From: Asterias rubens
Taxonomy: Eukaryota
NCBI RefSeq assembly: GCF_902459465.1
Contig: NC_047067.1
Coordinates: 5,456,001-5,520,000, forward strand
DNA: 64,000 bases
Direction of reading: 5' to 3'
Shown here: one piece after another, positions 13,255 through 26,550 of the stretch
Layout: each line of letters begins with the position of its first letter
Position numbering within the stretch: the stretch's first letter is position 1
Translations under genes and position numbers: made by a program
The notes under the pieces: generated by a model
Seen by the model: the letters and a program-made list of their open reading frames with translations, nothing else
Databases searched by the model: none
What the model was told of the DNA's origin: nothing

Positions 13255-14227
13255 GAAAGTATTAAATCCGCTAAGGATACACAGGATTTACTCCATTGAG
13301 AAGACACACTGCATAGCATTGGCCATGCCGTATGTGCTTCGTCTAACCATCTTAGTCTATGGTCTAACTGGTCTAATCAACCGTTTGCACACATTCTAAC
13401 AAGCCGCTCTGCAAATCGAAGAGATATTTCTTCCAGTTGATTGTACCTTTCGAGCATGAAACATCCGAAGTGGATTGATTGACTGATGTTGATCCCCTTA
13501 AGCCTGTGGATTAAGGAGCCTCTGTTTTCTATGGTCTATCGAAGTAGGGATTACTATTATTACGCAAAACGTACCCGAACAGATTCGTGGGCGGGAAGCA
13601 CATACTGCGTGGTAAAACGTTTGGGCCAATGTGGGGCCCTTCATATTATTATTAAAAACACTATATGAATGTTGACATCACTGCAATGACTGTTTTATAT
13701 ATACAGTCAACATATATGAACCATATAGAGCAAGTCCTTGCTCTATTGCGTGGTGAAACTTTAGGCCAATTGTCGGACCATGTCCATTTTGAACACACTA
13801 ATAAACGTTGATATCATAGTATTATGCAATGACTGGGGAACAGTATATGAGTTAAATTCATAAGAACATGTATAGACTTTTGATTTTGGCGCGAGTATTG
13901 ATGGAAGACTTGTTGAACCTGGAAAACGTTTGCGTCACTTCACGTTATTCCTTGATGTGATAGGAATCTTGCTCGCATTTCTGGGCTTGGAAATACATCA
14001 CGCAAGATTATCACCAAGTGACTAATTGGCATCCCGTAAATTAGTTGTACATTGCACATTCAATGTATGTCTAAGTGTAAAGTTCTTTAAAGTAGTAAGT
14101 GCCTTTGAACATTAGACCCTGGACTGGCGGCCATCTTGGATTTGACCTCTCACCGTCCTCAATGGTCAAATCTGAAATCCCTCCACATCTGAAAATAAAT
14201 GTGATTGTAGAAAACTAAGAGACATAA

Positions 14228-14397
14228 CTGATACTTCACGGAGGCAACAGAGGCGATTGCCTCCGTGCCCCCTTGTTCATTGCCTTGGTGCCCTTGAATT
14301 GCTCCAGTAGAAATTATCAATTTCATCTAAGCTGCCCTTTACCAAGGAGAAAATGCCTTGGTGCCCTTGCCCTTTAAAAACAAAGAATACATGCCTG
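14228..14397 (-). mobile_element. Family H copy
   Basis: Reverse complement of the family H core. Confidence 0.8.
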
Positions 14398-14740
14398 TAG
14401 AAATGTCATGCTTTTTTTTAAAGGGGAAATTTGTCATTGTGAAAAACTTATCCACTGTACCACATTAGCTGTGTCATGGTTGTGTCTAGTAACATTTCGC
14501 ACATTTTTTCAATTCTAATATTTCTACCATTCCTCATTGTACGGCATTAATACTTGGTTAAACCATGCAGCAGTAACACCATTACGGAGTCGAAGAGCCA
14601 CACACAATGGCGACTGCATGGCACAGGTGACTTACTGGTTTCCGAAGGGTCTCGTCGATTATTGTTGGTAGAGGTCCCTTTCTGCGTGGCCTATGACGGT
14701 CCTCCCACAAAAGAGACTGCGCTTAATCCTCTGTGATGGT

Positions 14741-15113
14741 TTTTTCACGTACTCAAATCTCACTTCACGTCGTGTGTTATAACATAGCGGTGCTGCTAGC
14801 TGTGGTGACAACGTAAACATCATCACTGTTCGAGCTAACATATAACCAACAGTTTGCTATGGGATTGAGAAGTTGAGTTTGTATGCCTGGCTCAGGAGAT
14901 GGAGTAACACAGCGAGTCAAGTTTCACGTACTCAAAATACACTCACTTCACGTTGTGTGTTAGAACATTGCTGCTGGTGACAACGTAACATCATCACTTT
15001 TCGAGCTAAATCATTATAGTTGTAACCAATAGTTTGCTGTGTGATTGAGCAGTTGAGAAGTTGAGTTTGTATGCCTGGCTCATGAGATAGAGTAACTCAC
15101 TGATTTAAGTTTC
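14741..15113. repeat. Diverged tandem duplication, about 185 bp x2
   Basis: CACGTACTCAAA..CACTTCACGT..GAGAAGTTGAGTTTGTATGCCTGGCTCA in both copies. Confidence 0.85.
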
Positions 15114-15725
15114 ATCAATTCAATTCACAGGAGGTCCGGAATTTCATTTTTGAAGTGAGACTGACTGGAAGAGGTTGTGTTAGGTTGTGGTGTTCGCGGT
15201 TTCCAGGTTGGTGTGCGTGATTGTATTATACAGAGTTACCTTACACGGAGACCATGCTGTTTTGATTGGTTGGTAAGTTGACAGCTTTTTGGTAACATTT
15301 TTAAGTGTCAAATATCAGTATGTGTACGTTGTCTGACCCAAACATAGAACCAACAATCTCAATCGGCCGTTAGAACACGAGAAAATAGTGAAAAACCCCA
15401 TCACTGTTTTAACTCTGTTTTCAAACGTCTGATTTTCGGACTCGGACTCTAATATTCGTTATGCAATAAAAATTGAAATATGAAAAATATGAAATGAAAT
15501 TTACTCAACACTCATTGAGTTTGAAGACCTGATGAACATATTACGGGGATAAAATGGCCACTGCTTTTTAAATTATAGCTGTTTGGTGTAGGCCTACCTT
15601 AATGTATTGAAAGAAGACAAGGTCCTCGTCTGTGATAAAATATAGGTCACCCCGACCCCACCCCAAACAAACAACAAACTAAGCTGGCGAGAAAAAAACG
15701 TCTTCATAAATGCGGCTCTCGCCCC

Positions 15726-16084
15726 TTAAAGGGTGTATGTATTTTTTGTAGGACAAAAAACACAATGTCCACAGATTTACACCAAACTTACACAGTTTGA
15801 AGATAATGATAGTAGAAAGCTTCCCTGAAAATATTACGTGCTGAGGTGCTGTAGTTTTTGGGAAATGGGTAATACAATGTCATGAAAATAGTTTTGGTCT
15901 CATGAGACCAAAATTATTTTAAGCATTTACAAACGTACTTTCATGACATTGTTTTACTCACTTCTCAAAAACTACAGCACCTCAGTAAGTAATATTTGAA
16001 GGAAAGCTTTCCACTATCATTATCTTCAAACCCTAAGTTATGTAAATGAATGGACATTTTGAAAAGGTACCCAAATCCTTTTTA
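15726..16084. mobile_element. MITE family B
   Basis: TTAAAGGGTGTATG...GGTACCCAAATCCTT; centre GGTCTCATGAGACC. Confidence 0.87.
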
Positions 16085-16826
16085 AAAAAAGGAAAGAAGA
16101 CATTTAATGTCTTTTTATAAAATATAAAGTTATTGTATGCATATTGTACTAATCACTATTCAATCAGGCAGGCATTACATCAGGCCATTAACTATTATTT
16201 TGCATTAACACCTTCGGTCCTTTTGGTTGGTAAGATGTTTGCAACAGCTAATTATATTTTCTTGATTCAAATGTACACACTATTCTCCTTTTATTGGGAA
16301 AAACTGCTCAATACGAATGAAAATCCGATAGTTCGGCCGCCTACTTTAACTGTAACAAAATAACAGCGCAAGCCATTTTGAATACAAAATTGGATATAAT
16401 CGCTTTTAACGTGCCAATTGAAGTAGACTTTGTGGCTTGATAAACACGATTGGCACGGCTTCACTAAGTGGAAAATAGTTTGGTCTGTTTGAACGGGCAT
16501 CTAAAGACATTTGTTCGGCATTTGTCGTTTTAATTAACACGTTTGAGTTTGTATGAAAGCACTTAACAAGCTTTTATACTTGTACATGTAGGTATGTTTG
16601 TAGTAAATGGAGGTACGTTTGCACAACTTGTTAGAAGAAACACTGGTTATGGGATGTTGTAATGTAATGTAAAAAGGGGGCCGACTGAGCATACAGTACA
16701 GTGCTTTTATTTTTAAGTATACACATCGGTGTATTAGGGTAAAAAACAATTACATTCTAGATCCCCGATGCAAAATCACTTACCGTCTACTAACACATCT
16801 GCTGATTCAAACTGCCTCTAGCCATT

Positions 16827-17030
16827 GGGCTAGCTCGGTGGTCCAGTGGTAGGACTATCATGCAAAGCAAAGGTCGTAGGTTCAAATTCCACGCGAGTGA
16901 TTTGCTCGTGGATTTGTTTTTCACATAACCCAGGGAAGTTTTAAGTGATTAGTTTACACATCGTCGGTGGTATAAAGGCTAAAAGACAAATTATATTCTG
17001 TATCCCCGATGTAAAACTGTTAAACTAAAC
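16827..17030 (+). mobile_element. tRNA-derived SINE
   Basis: A-box GGTCCAGTGG and B-box GGTTCAAATTCC with no closable cloverleaf; related reverse copies near 23975-24056, 46610-46725 and 46868-46945. Confidence 0.7.
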
Positions 17031-17206
17031 ATCTAAATGGCATCAAATTGCTTTTGTTTGGCAAAACTCGTTTTATTTATATGTTGGAGTTTGTATGAAG
17101 ACACATTACAGGCTTTTACTGTGTAGTAAATAGTGATGGTGAGGATGGGATGGTGCTTTGTGAATATGGCCCACTGTTGCACGGACCTTCCGAGAGGGTG
17201 TGTGTA

Positions 17207-17480
17207 CTGGGGTCGATTTCACAAAGATAATAGTCCACTAACGTAGTACCAGTCCTAGGACTCTTAAAGGACTGGCTAGTCCTATCTCGTCCTAACTCGA
17301 GATATTTATTTTTTATTTTTTATTATAAATCTTTAGACATACACAATAATTACAGGGGCTGTCAAGGTTAAAACAAAAGTATAAAAACTGTCATCAATAG
17401 ATGTGTAAAACCAGACCCCTGCCAACGATACAAAAAATATAATAATGACTAGTCTTAACTCTTTGTGAAATCCACTGGTG
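17207..17480. mobile_element. MITE (GGGGTCGATTTCACAAAG terminus)
   Basis: Right end CTTTGTGAAATCCAC; AT-rich interior. Confidence 0.6.
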
Positions 17481-17610
17481 GTTGTGTTACCTATCTACAT
17501 ATAATACCGATGCCATGATCCTAGTATGTAAATTGGTTCATATCTACGTGTTTTGCTCTGCCAAACAGGCAATAGCTTACTTTGTTTTCCACATCGACTG
17601 TTAAGATACA

Positions 17611-18000
17611 GTATGAAGTTTTACTTGGAGACCATGGGTCTATTCAGATGGTTTTGGTGTTTTTCGTTTTCACTCGGAAAACGGTATAGGCACACCGTAT
17701 TCGTGAGGACCAAGGACCGTGCTCTGCTTCTATCCTCGGCTACATGGCGGGAATTTAGACCCCCGTAAGGTCGTCAGAAATGCATTTGGCTATGGAGAAA
17801 AATATAAAATGAAGTTTTACTTGGAGAATATAAATCTATTTTAAATGTTTTTGATTGGTGGTCGTTTTCACTTGAAGACGGGACGGTATAATCTTGAGGA
17901 CCAAGGACTGCTCTGCTAATGGCCTCAGATATTGGGGCCTACTTGGCGGGAACTTACAGACCCCCGTTAATAAGGTCGTCAGAAATGCCTTCGGCCATGG
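17611..18000. repeat. Diverged tandem duplication, about 197 bp x2
   Basis: ATGAAGTTTTACTTGGAGA..GAGGACCAAGGAC..TAAGGTCGTCAGAAATGC in both copies. Confidence 0.85.
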
Positions 18001-18259
18001 GCCTATACTCTTGAGAGCCTGAACCCTTGTTGTCTCATCAGCTCAAAATGAACCTCCTTCACGGGGCTCTGGGGTTGAACCGTTGACTACACCGAAATGT
18101 CCCGGGGAGACCACCTGGGCATGTAGTGGTCTAATTGTTGTTTTTACCGTGAAGTTCACTTATTAGCTAACTCCAGACGTTCGCGTCCATTAGTGTTATA
18201 CTTCAACTGTTGTTACTCTAAACAAAATGTGGAAGAACCACTCTTCAAAACCAGTTAGG

Positions 18260-18500
18260 CTTATTATCTTCAAGAGCAGAACCACGACAAGAGCTCACTC
18301 TCTGAAACCCTTCAAGCAATCCCTGAAGAAGAATATTGTATGCAAAAAGAACTTCTTCACCCAAAGAGTGATTAACATCTGGAATTCCCTTCCCCAAGCA
18401 GCAGTCTAGATGCAAAAACTGTAGCAACATTTAAGAATATACTGGATTCTCAACTGGAAGGAGGACAGAATACGGGGTCACATGGGCTATAATAATAGTA
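18260..18500 (+). mobile_element. CR1-type LINE 3' remnant
   Basis: TRAHSLK..KNFFTQRVINIWNSLP-stop, a typical CR1 ORF2 C-terminus. Confidence 0.8.
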
Positions 18501-18730
18501 GTAAGTATAGTTCTCCACTATAAAGCATTAAATATTCTGTTGACGATTCTATTCAGCACAGAGGAGCAGTGCAGTGTTGTAACAAAGCAATTTCTTCTCA
18601 AGTCAAGTCACAACTAATTTTTGCCCAAGCCAAGTTAAGTCTCAAGTAATTTTTTCCTCGAGTCAAGCCGAGTCCAAGTCAGCGACTCTAGTCAACAACA
18701 CCACAGAGGAGCTTACTCTATGATTTCAAC

Positions 18731-19107
18731 CTATAGTTTGAACATGGTTTGAACAAGTATGACAATGGTTTAACTTCGATTTCTGTTCTGGTCATAGTCA
18801 AACCATTCGATAGTTTTTGTTGACACTCCTCTTCGATTTTGAAGGTAGATTATTGGGGGACTTTGGTTGGGTAAGATTTTCACCTAGGCCATGGATGCCA
18901 CTTAAAGAGTAGGTTCGTTTATCTATTACTGAGAGGGCACTGCTCTGTGATTTCAACATTATGGTTTGAACTTAATATGACAACAGTTAAACTTCTATTT
19001 CTATTCCGGTGATAATCAAACCATCCGATACTTTTTGTTGACACTCCTCCTCGATCTTGAAGGTAGATTGAGGGACATTGGTTGGGTAAGATTCTCACCG
19101 AGGCCAA
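18731..19107. repeat. Diverged direct duplication, about 220-bp period
   Basis: TTTTTGTTGACACTCCTC..TGAAGGTAGATT..TTGGTTGGGTAAGATT in both copies. Confidence 0.85.
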
Positions 19108-20067
19108 CCCTGTGGAACTCTGTTTTTCCTTCCCGTTTGTTGGAATTCCTGGATTCATCCACACCAGAGGCATTGCCTTGGAAAGTGTCAAGACGGGCTT
19201 AAAGGGGAGGTTTTACCCAAGAAGGTTCTGTTCATCCCGTATGTTAACTGTAAGACAACTTCACAAGGCTCGCACTTTAAAATCATCAACGAATAAATCA
19301 ACTGCAAGTTTGAATTGATTGAAGCTTTTGCTGTTTTTTTCTTCTTCAGACGTTGCTTTAACAAATTTAGAATTCGAATCTCATCTAACAGTAATACTTT
19401 AAGAGTAATTCCTTTAAATATTCCCAAAGAACTTTAAATATTGCACCCTCCCTTTAATCTGAATTGATTGACAGCTGCCAGGGACCTCGGTCTCATCCTA
19501 ATTAATAGCACATGCCAGGTGAGTCCGCATTGTACTCGTACAAAGAAAAACAAATTATTTTTGCGTTTGGCCATAAGTCATAATTACATGTTTATGTAAA
19601 CGGACAGAAGTAGACTCATTAATTTGTCAACTGCTATTTTCAAATGTTGTTTCCCTCTACTGTACGTCAAACAAATTGTTACCAAGTGGCAGGCGACACA
19701 ATTATGACAAAAACGAAACTTAACTCAAACACGCGCTTGCCGCTGTCGCTTCTTGTGCAGGAATGATTTGAGACAAGCGCTGCCAATGAAGGGCACATTG
19801 CTACATGGGAAGAGTAGAAGAGCATAAAATGCTGTCAGCTCCAGATGTAATCGTTTTCAACTCAACTAAATCAAAGATTTTTAATTGGCACTTAAGTACA
19901 CTGTAGTAGAGAGACAATGCAAACGAGATTTTAACCTAAGTTGAAATTTGATACTCAGCAGACCACTTCGGATAATAGATGTGAAGTGAACTGAGATTCA
20001 GTACAAATTTTATAAAAAGAATTGGAGTCAGAAAACTCTCAACGCGTGCGTTCTAAAGACGCACCCA

Positions 20068-20336
20068 CACTCTAAAAACTCCCGGTCAGAATTGACCCGG
20101 ATTTGGGTCCCGGGGGGGGGGGGGGGCTAGTCCCATTTCTGGGTTAGTTTGACCCGGAATCCATGTCAATGTGTCCCGGAATCCGAGTCGAAATCCCCGC
20201 TTATAACCAAATTTATGATCACAATATTCCGGGTCACATTGACAAAAACAGATTCCGGGTCAAACAGACCCAGAAATGGGTCTGGCCCCCTGGGACCCAA
20301 ATCCGGGTCGATTCTGACCCGGGAGTTTTTAGAGTG
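20068..20336. mobile_element. CACTA/EnSpm-type MITE
   Basis: CACTCTAAAAACTCCCGG...CCCGGGAGTTTTTAGAGTG with long TIRs and 2-bp flanks CA/CA; related 5' fragment near 8483-8690. Confidence 0.8.
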
Positions 20337-20550
20337 CAGCGTCACTTGTTGGTGCCCAAACTCAGGCTGGACTGTTACTCCTTAATACTCTCCTTCAAAA
20401 CAAATTCCCTCCATTATTTGATCGATAACTTCCACAATGGACACTAAGAATGATCCCCGATCAATGAAAGTCCTAAATAAAAACCTTGTGGACTCGGATA
20501 ATGGTTGATGATACAACAACATAGAGCACATCTGATCTTGCTCTATGATA

Positions 20551-20730
20551 CAACCGATCGAGGTTGCACTTAGATTTCACCTGCTCTTGAATAGCGTTGT
20601 CACAATTACAACCGATCGAGGTAGTTTATTTCTCAACTGTTACCTGCTCAGGGGATATCGTTGTCACAATATCTTAAAATTGATCGAGGTAGTTTATTTC
20701 ACGCAACTGTAATGGCTCCGGGGATAGCCT
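20551..20730. repeat. Degenerate tandem repeat, about 60-65 bp x3
   Basis: GATCGAGGT..GCTC..TTGTCACA recurring. Confidence 0.75.
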
Positions 20731-21917
20731 TGTCACATTTTACCAAGTGAGGCCCTCATACAGTGAGACCCCCAGTGCAGCACCCCTTAGAACCCAGTGC
20801 AACCCCTGAGTGTTATGGGCACCCATAACTACCTCATGATGTCATCAGTGCCAAACAGTGACATCAATAACTTGGTTGACCTTATCAGGTTGAGGCCAAT
20901 TATCATGTGTCTGACCAGAGGACGTCATTAGTGAGACCTTACACTGACACATCGCGGCAGGTGGAGATTTAATTGTAGAGAGGTTTAGGAGTCTCCTGGA
21001 CATTTTTGTTTTCTTCACAAGATTTTCTGCATCACAAGAAGACAGCAGGGACAGATGTGCAACAACTGAGCTGATAAAGTGCAGGCATCTCTGTGTTTCG
21101 TTTTTAAAAGGGCAAGTGCACCAAGGCATTTTCTCCTTGGTAGGGCACCCTATGGTGGAGCATTTCAAGGGCACCAATTATCAAGGGGACATAGAGACCT
21201 TCTTTGCCACCGTGAAGAATCAGGCCAGAAAGTATACGGCTAAGATGCAAGTCTGATTTCGTATAAGATCCCTTGTTCTATTTTTAGCTTTGTAGCTGAG
21301 CCTAGTATGACATTTTCATCATATATTTTGACAACATGCTACAAGGTAGGTGTTGACATTAAGACAAGGTAACGTCAAAAGCACTGCAAGGTTTTTTTTC
21401 CGGCTGCAAAAACCACGAAGGGACTACACCAACAATGCGAGGCATCGTAGTGTCGTCAGGAGTAGATACATGGATACTATTTGGAATAGTGAACATTTTT
21501 GACGTATTAGATGTTCGGTTTGCTACCCACGTACCCCAGTGTTGTAATTGACAATCATTGTATGCAGCGCCCCCTATGGTAGCATCACATTACCATTCAG
21601 CACTGATTAACTGCCCATAGGACACCAACTCGCCACGCGTGGTCCTTTACCAAGCAGTTAGACGTTCAGGTATGACATCACTTTAGGAAACTTGAGATTG
21701 TCACAGTAGGATAAAAGTCTCGCAGTGAAAAGATCAATGACCTCATTCAAACTTTTGGCGCTTTGATCTACGCTCAGAGCACGTTTACGAAGCTGCCATT
21801 TGCAGGGTCTGCTCTTATGGCTTTCTCAGTGACTAGCCACTAGTCGTTTCACTGGTCCGTCAGCTTTTGCACTTGTCCATAACTAATATTAAATAGTCAT
21901 GCTTTTTAACACTGGAG

Positions 21918-21979
21918 TAGCCAACCGGACCACTTGTATAGCCAACCGGACCACTTGAAGTAGCCAACCGGACCACTTG
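21918..21979. repeat. 19-bp unit x3 with 2-3 bp linkers
   Basis: TAGCCAACCGGACCACTTG x3. Confidence 0.9.
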
Positions 21980-22384
21980 GGTAGAATTCTGACTCGTCCT
22001 CAGGTATTCGAACAGGCATTTGGCAGAACGCTAACTTCAAAGTATAGAATAATTCTAAGGCCTAGTTCGTAGTTCACTGCTTCGTACGTACTAAATTCCT
22101 GTTCTTGTCCACTGATGTGATCATTCACACAATTTTGCTAGAAGCAACTTTACTTTTACAGAAAAGTCTTTACAAACATTCAACACCAGTAAGACTCTAA
22201 ATTCCTTGAGTTTCACATCAAATCAAAAACATGTGTTGACATCAAACATAATGCACGCAGGCTATATACATAACTCAGCCAAGGGGTTTGACATTTCCGC
22301 TGCACAATGTTGTTTTCTACAAATTATATTTCCTGTTTATGGGGGGAAATCAATTGCTAGGTGAGCGTGCATGGTGTAGTACCG

Positions 22385-23040
22385 TTAAAGATACTGGACA
22401 CTATTGGTAATTAGTCAAAGTAACTTTAAAGGCAGTGGACACTATTGGTAATTACTCAAAATAATTATTAGCATAACACCTTACTTGGTTATGAGTAATG
22501 GGGAGAGTATAAAACATTGTGAGAAACGGCTCCCTCAGAAGTCATGTAGTTTTCGAGAAAGAAGTAATTTTCCACGAGTTTGATTTCGAGACCTCAGATT
22601 TAAAATTTGAGGTCTCGAAATCAATCATCTGAAACCACACAACTTCGTGTGACAAGGGTTATTTTTCTTTCATTATTATCTCGCAAGTTCGATGACCGAT
22701 TGAGCTCAATTTTTTTACAGGTTAGTTATGTTATGCATATGTTGAGATGCACCAACTGTGAAGACTAGTCTTTGACAATTACCAATAGTGTCCATTGTCT
22801 TTAAGCAAAAAAAGAGGTTGTTTCCCCTCACATTTTAAAAAGACGTTAGGCCTCCTGAAGCCCCTTTTAGGCATCTGAAAGCTCACATATTTGTGCAACA
22901 ATGGTGTTTTTTTTCTTATATTATTCTCTTACAATTGCGACGATTACCAAATTGATTCCAAATGTGTTATTTTATGCATTCATTACACTAAGTGAAAATA
23001 CTTATTTTTGACATTTACCAAACGGGTTCAGTGCCTTTAA
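22385..23040 (+). mobile_element. Family A copy (22426-22804) nested in an older related copy
   Basis: Two successive left TIRs at 22385 and 22426; right TIRs end at 22804 and 23040. Confidence 0.8.
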
Positions 23041-24973
23041 GACACAATGGGTTAAACGAACCAGAGTGACTTTCCTTGTTGGGAAGTATTGATTCATTAT
23101 TCGATCAAATCATACAAGAACCGCGGGGTATGTACAAGTTATTATAAGCCATCACAGCAGTCCGACTTATGGATTTAACCACATGTAGTTATGCGTGTAA
23201 ATTGACACGATTGCATATCAGTGTTCGATCTGTACGATCTTGATGAACCAAAATAAGTCTCAAAACGCATTAATATAGGATAACTTGTCAAAGATATTTG
23301 TGAATGGACACGATTGCAATCAGAAAATCTACTCTTGGTGGACCCTGCAGTCACCGTTCTCCCACTGTGACCCCTATAAAACTAATTCGTTGGTAGCACT
23401 AACAATTAATAGTATAAGTCTCGAATAAGAACTTGTCAATGGTGTTTGTGTACAAATGCAATTGTGTGATGTTCTATGATCTATGCCTGAACATTATCAA
23501 TGACCAACGAGCCGTAATGGATGAAACATTCTGCAGGACAATGTTGCTGTGTGGATCTCAGTCGACCTCATGGCCGAAGACAAAAGCCTTCACAACTCAT
23601 GCTTTGAATTGTTCCAATCGCAGGAGCCCCCCCCCCCCGACTATGACGTCACTCATTCTAAATACACCTCCACGTGAGCAGGGGTCACGACCAAGAATAC
23701 GCATCTGTGAGAGTTGATCTGAGCATGGCCTGAGATTTTCTTCCTCGATGGTCTGAGCCTGTTTATGTGTGTTGTGTATAGTCATTTAGCCCTCGAGAAG
23801 GACTCTGCTAGGGTCGAAACGTGAGGACATTAACTATTATGTGTGCGTTTAATAGGTAATTTTGGTTGGTAAGTTTGTTAACAGCTAATTCAATTTTCTA
23901 AAGTGTAATGTCGTATGTTAAATTTGCATCGTACAGAATATACATTTCTGGTTGTACCCATATATTATATACACCGATGTGTATAGCACAGTACACTCAG
24001 TACTTTCCCGAGTTCTGTAAAAAAAAAGTCACAGGCATATCGGGTGGGATTCGAACATTGGTACGATACTGCTCTAAAATAGAACGTGTAACAAGAAAAG
24101 GACTTGTAAACCAGTCTAATCCCTTCATACCATTACGCAGTTGTAATGTATTAGCTATTGATCTTCTGCCAAGAGCGCACATGACAGAGAGAAGTCGCCG
24201 ACGTCACTCACCGGGTCCCAGCTCATTTTCACATCGATTTCAAACCGGGCATCTGACATCTCTTAATACATCTCGCGCAACACCGGACTGCTCTATGGTT
24301 GATGGTACTTGTTTTATGGTAAATGCAACCGAGCTTGGCTCTCATCTATAAACTCTAACTGCACACTATTAGAAAACAACACTGTTTCACCACCGCCTGG
24401 GAATTTTAAACAATGTTTTCGATGGCTACAGATTGATGAGGAGATCCAGAGCGTGAACAGCAGCCATTGTGCACCCCGGCCAACGAGTCCCTGAAAACGG
24501 TTCATAACATGGTGACGATGATCAGTCAATGAGAAACAAGGTGAGTTTGTGCTTATTTCTTTCTCTCACCATACAAATAATAAATAACATTGATATAATG
24601 TAATTGATATCACACATAACATTGATATATTGGTATAATATTGGTATAAAGTTTATATCTATAAACATTATTGCAGAACATACGTTATTGCAGCACTATA
24701 TTGTTTTTTCCAAATTATTATTTGTGACCCGGCGATTTTGTTGTGTTTAGCCATCGTGTAAAAATTAGATTACGAGCAAGCGTCTAATGATATGGTTTAA
24801 ATTCTCCGGCGAAATTTACTAGATATTGTGGTCGGTCGAATAATATTTATAATCAATGGAGATACATCTATAGACTTGAATGATGCCTTATCCCTAAAAA
24901 TAAATCTAGGTTCCATCTTTGCAGAAGTGAGGGAATATTGAAATATAGAAACTACATTACTTTCACCTTATTG

Positions 24974-25360
24974 TTAAAGACAGTGTACACTATTGGTATT
25001 TGTCAAAAACCAGTCTTCTCTCTTGGTGTATCTCAACATATGCATAAAATAACAAACCTGTGAAAATTTGAGCTCGATCGATCGTCAGAGTTGCAAGATA
25101 ACTATGAAAGAAAAAACCACCCTTGTCACACGAAGTTGTGTGCGTTTAGATGGTTGGTTTCGAGACTTCAAGTTCTAAACTTGAGGTCTCGAAATCAAAT
25201 TCGTGGAAAATTACTCCCATCTCCAAAACTAGGTCACTTCAGAGGCAGCTGTTTCTCACAATGTTTTATACCATCAACCTCTCCCCATTACTCGTTACAA
25301 AGTAAGGTTTTATGCCAATAATTATTTTGAGTAATTACCAATAGTGTCCACTGCCTTTAA
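24974..25360 (-). mobile_element. MITE family A
   Basis: Reverse-orientation full copy with TTAA ends. Confidence 0.9.
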
Positions 25361-26404
25361 TTGCAATGGTGTGTTGCAATCAAAGGGACTTGGGTTGTTG
25401 AAAGCCTTACCGTAATACTACGTTACGAACTAGATATATGCCCTGTCTTGTAACTCTTTTGGACTCGCTACTTTTGGCAGGTGGTCACTGTGTCCAGTTT
25501 AGCCATTCAAGCCTCAGAGTATTAACATTTTTGCCACCTTTATGTTTTGTTGCAATCGAAGAGAGTCGGGTTGAAAGCAGAAAGGTATGGGTTGACTCTT
25601 CAATGCACATCACTTGACCAGTCACTTTAGGCAGGTGGCCACTGTGTTGAGTTTAGCCATTCATGAATTACGGCCATGGCCACACAGTACTGTCAGTCTC
25701 TCATCATTGAATTGAATTTAATCAAACCTTGGTTGGCGACCATCATTGACCTTTTCCTTCCCTGCGATGTCTATCGTTTTTTAAATGTATTTATTCCGGA
25801 CGTGACTTTGAAAGACTGCGCCTGCGCACACCACTGGTCAATACTCACAGACACAGCGAACGAAAAAAATCCCATGGATCAATTAAGAAAAGGTTTAACA
25901 TTAGCGTAAAAGAGAAGCCCAGTACAGTGAAGAAAAATGTACTCATAGACAAATATCCTCTGACAATAATACTAATGTCACCTGCGAACTGCCGCCAATC
26001 GATGTAATAATATTGAGTTTTCCTTTTCATTATTGCTCGATGCTCGATCCGTGCGGCTTCCCGTCTCCGCTGTGAAAGTAAAGGAACTTGGGGAATATTT
26101 TGCAAACTAGGACTCTTTTTTTCTTCATATTTTTCTACTGCTGCACTTTAGAATTGCCATCCTGAAAAAAAAAAATCATGATTTTTTTTTAGGATTCCCT
26201 CTTTTGAATTGATCAAGAAACACAAAAATCCCCATTGTAAAGAACTATACGACAGTGGCCGGCAATTTCATAGTGCAGGGAAACAAATTGCCTCCGGGCG
26301 AGGGGATAACACCAGTTTTAGGTTTAGGAGCCGCCGTGCCCTGGTGTCAAGTTTAGGATCAAGTGTGGATGGGATAGCAATCGCTAAATACACCGTAAAA
26401 GTCA

Positions 26405-26550
26405 CTTGACACTATTGATAATTACTCAAAATAGTTGTTAGCATAAAAACTTGCTTTGGTAAACGAGCAATGGAGAGAGCTGTTGGCGGTATAAAACATT
26501 GTGAGAAACGGCTTCCTCTGAAGTAACGTAGTTTTTGGGAAAGAGGTAGT
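26405..26550 (+). mobile_element. Family A 5' fragment
   Basis: GACACTATTGATAATTACTCAAAA...GAAACGGCTTCCTCTGAAGT. Confidence 0.7.

Noticed and set aside
16827-16895. Possible tRNA gene
   Set aside because: A and B boxes are present but no proper acceptor or anticodon stems form, and it continues into a repeated body, so it is a SINE.
21918-21979. CRISPR-like direct repeats
   Set aside because: Eukaryotic context, spacers only 2-3 bp, and no cas genes.
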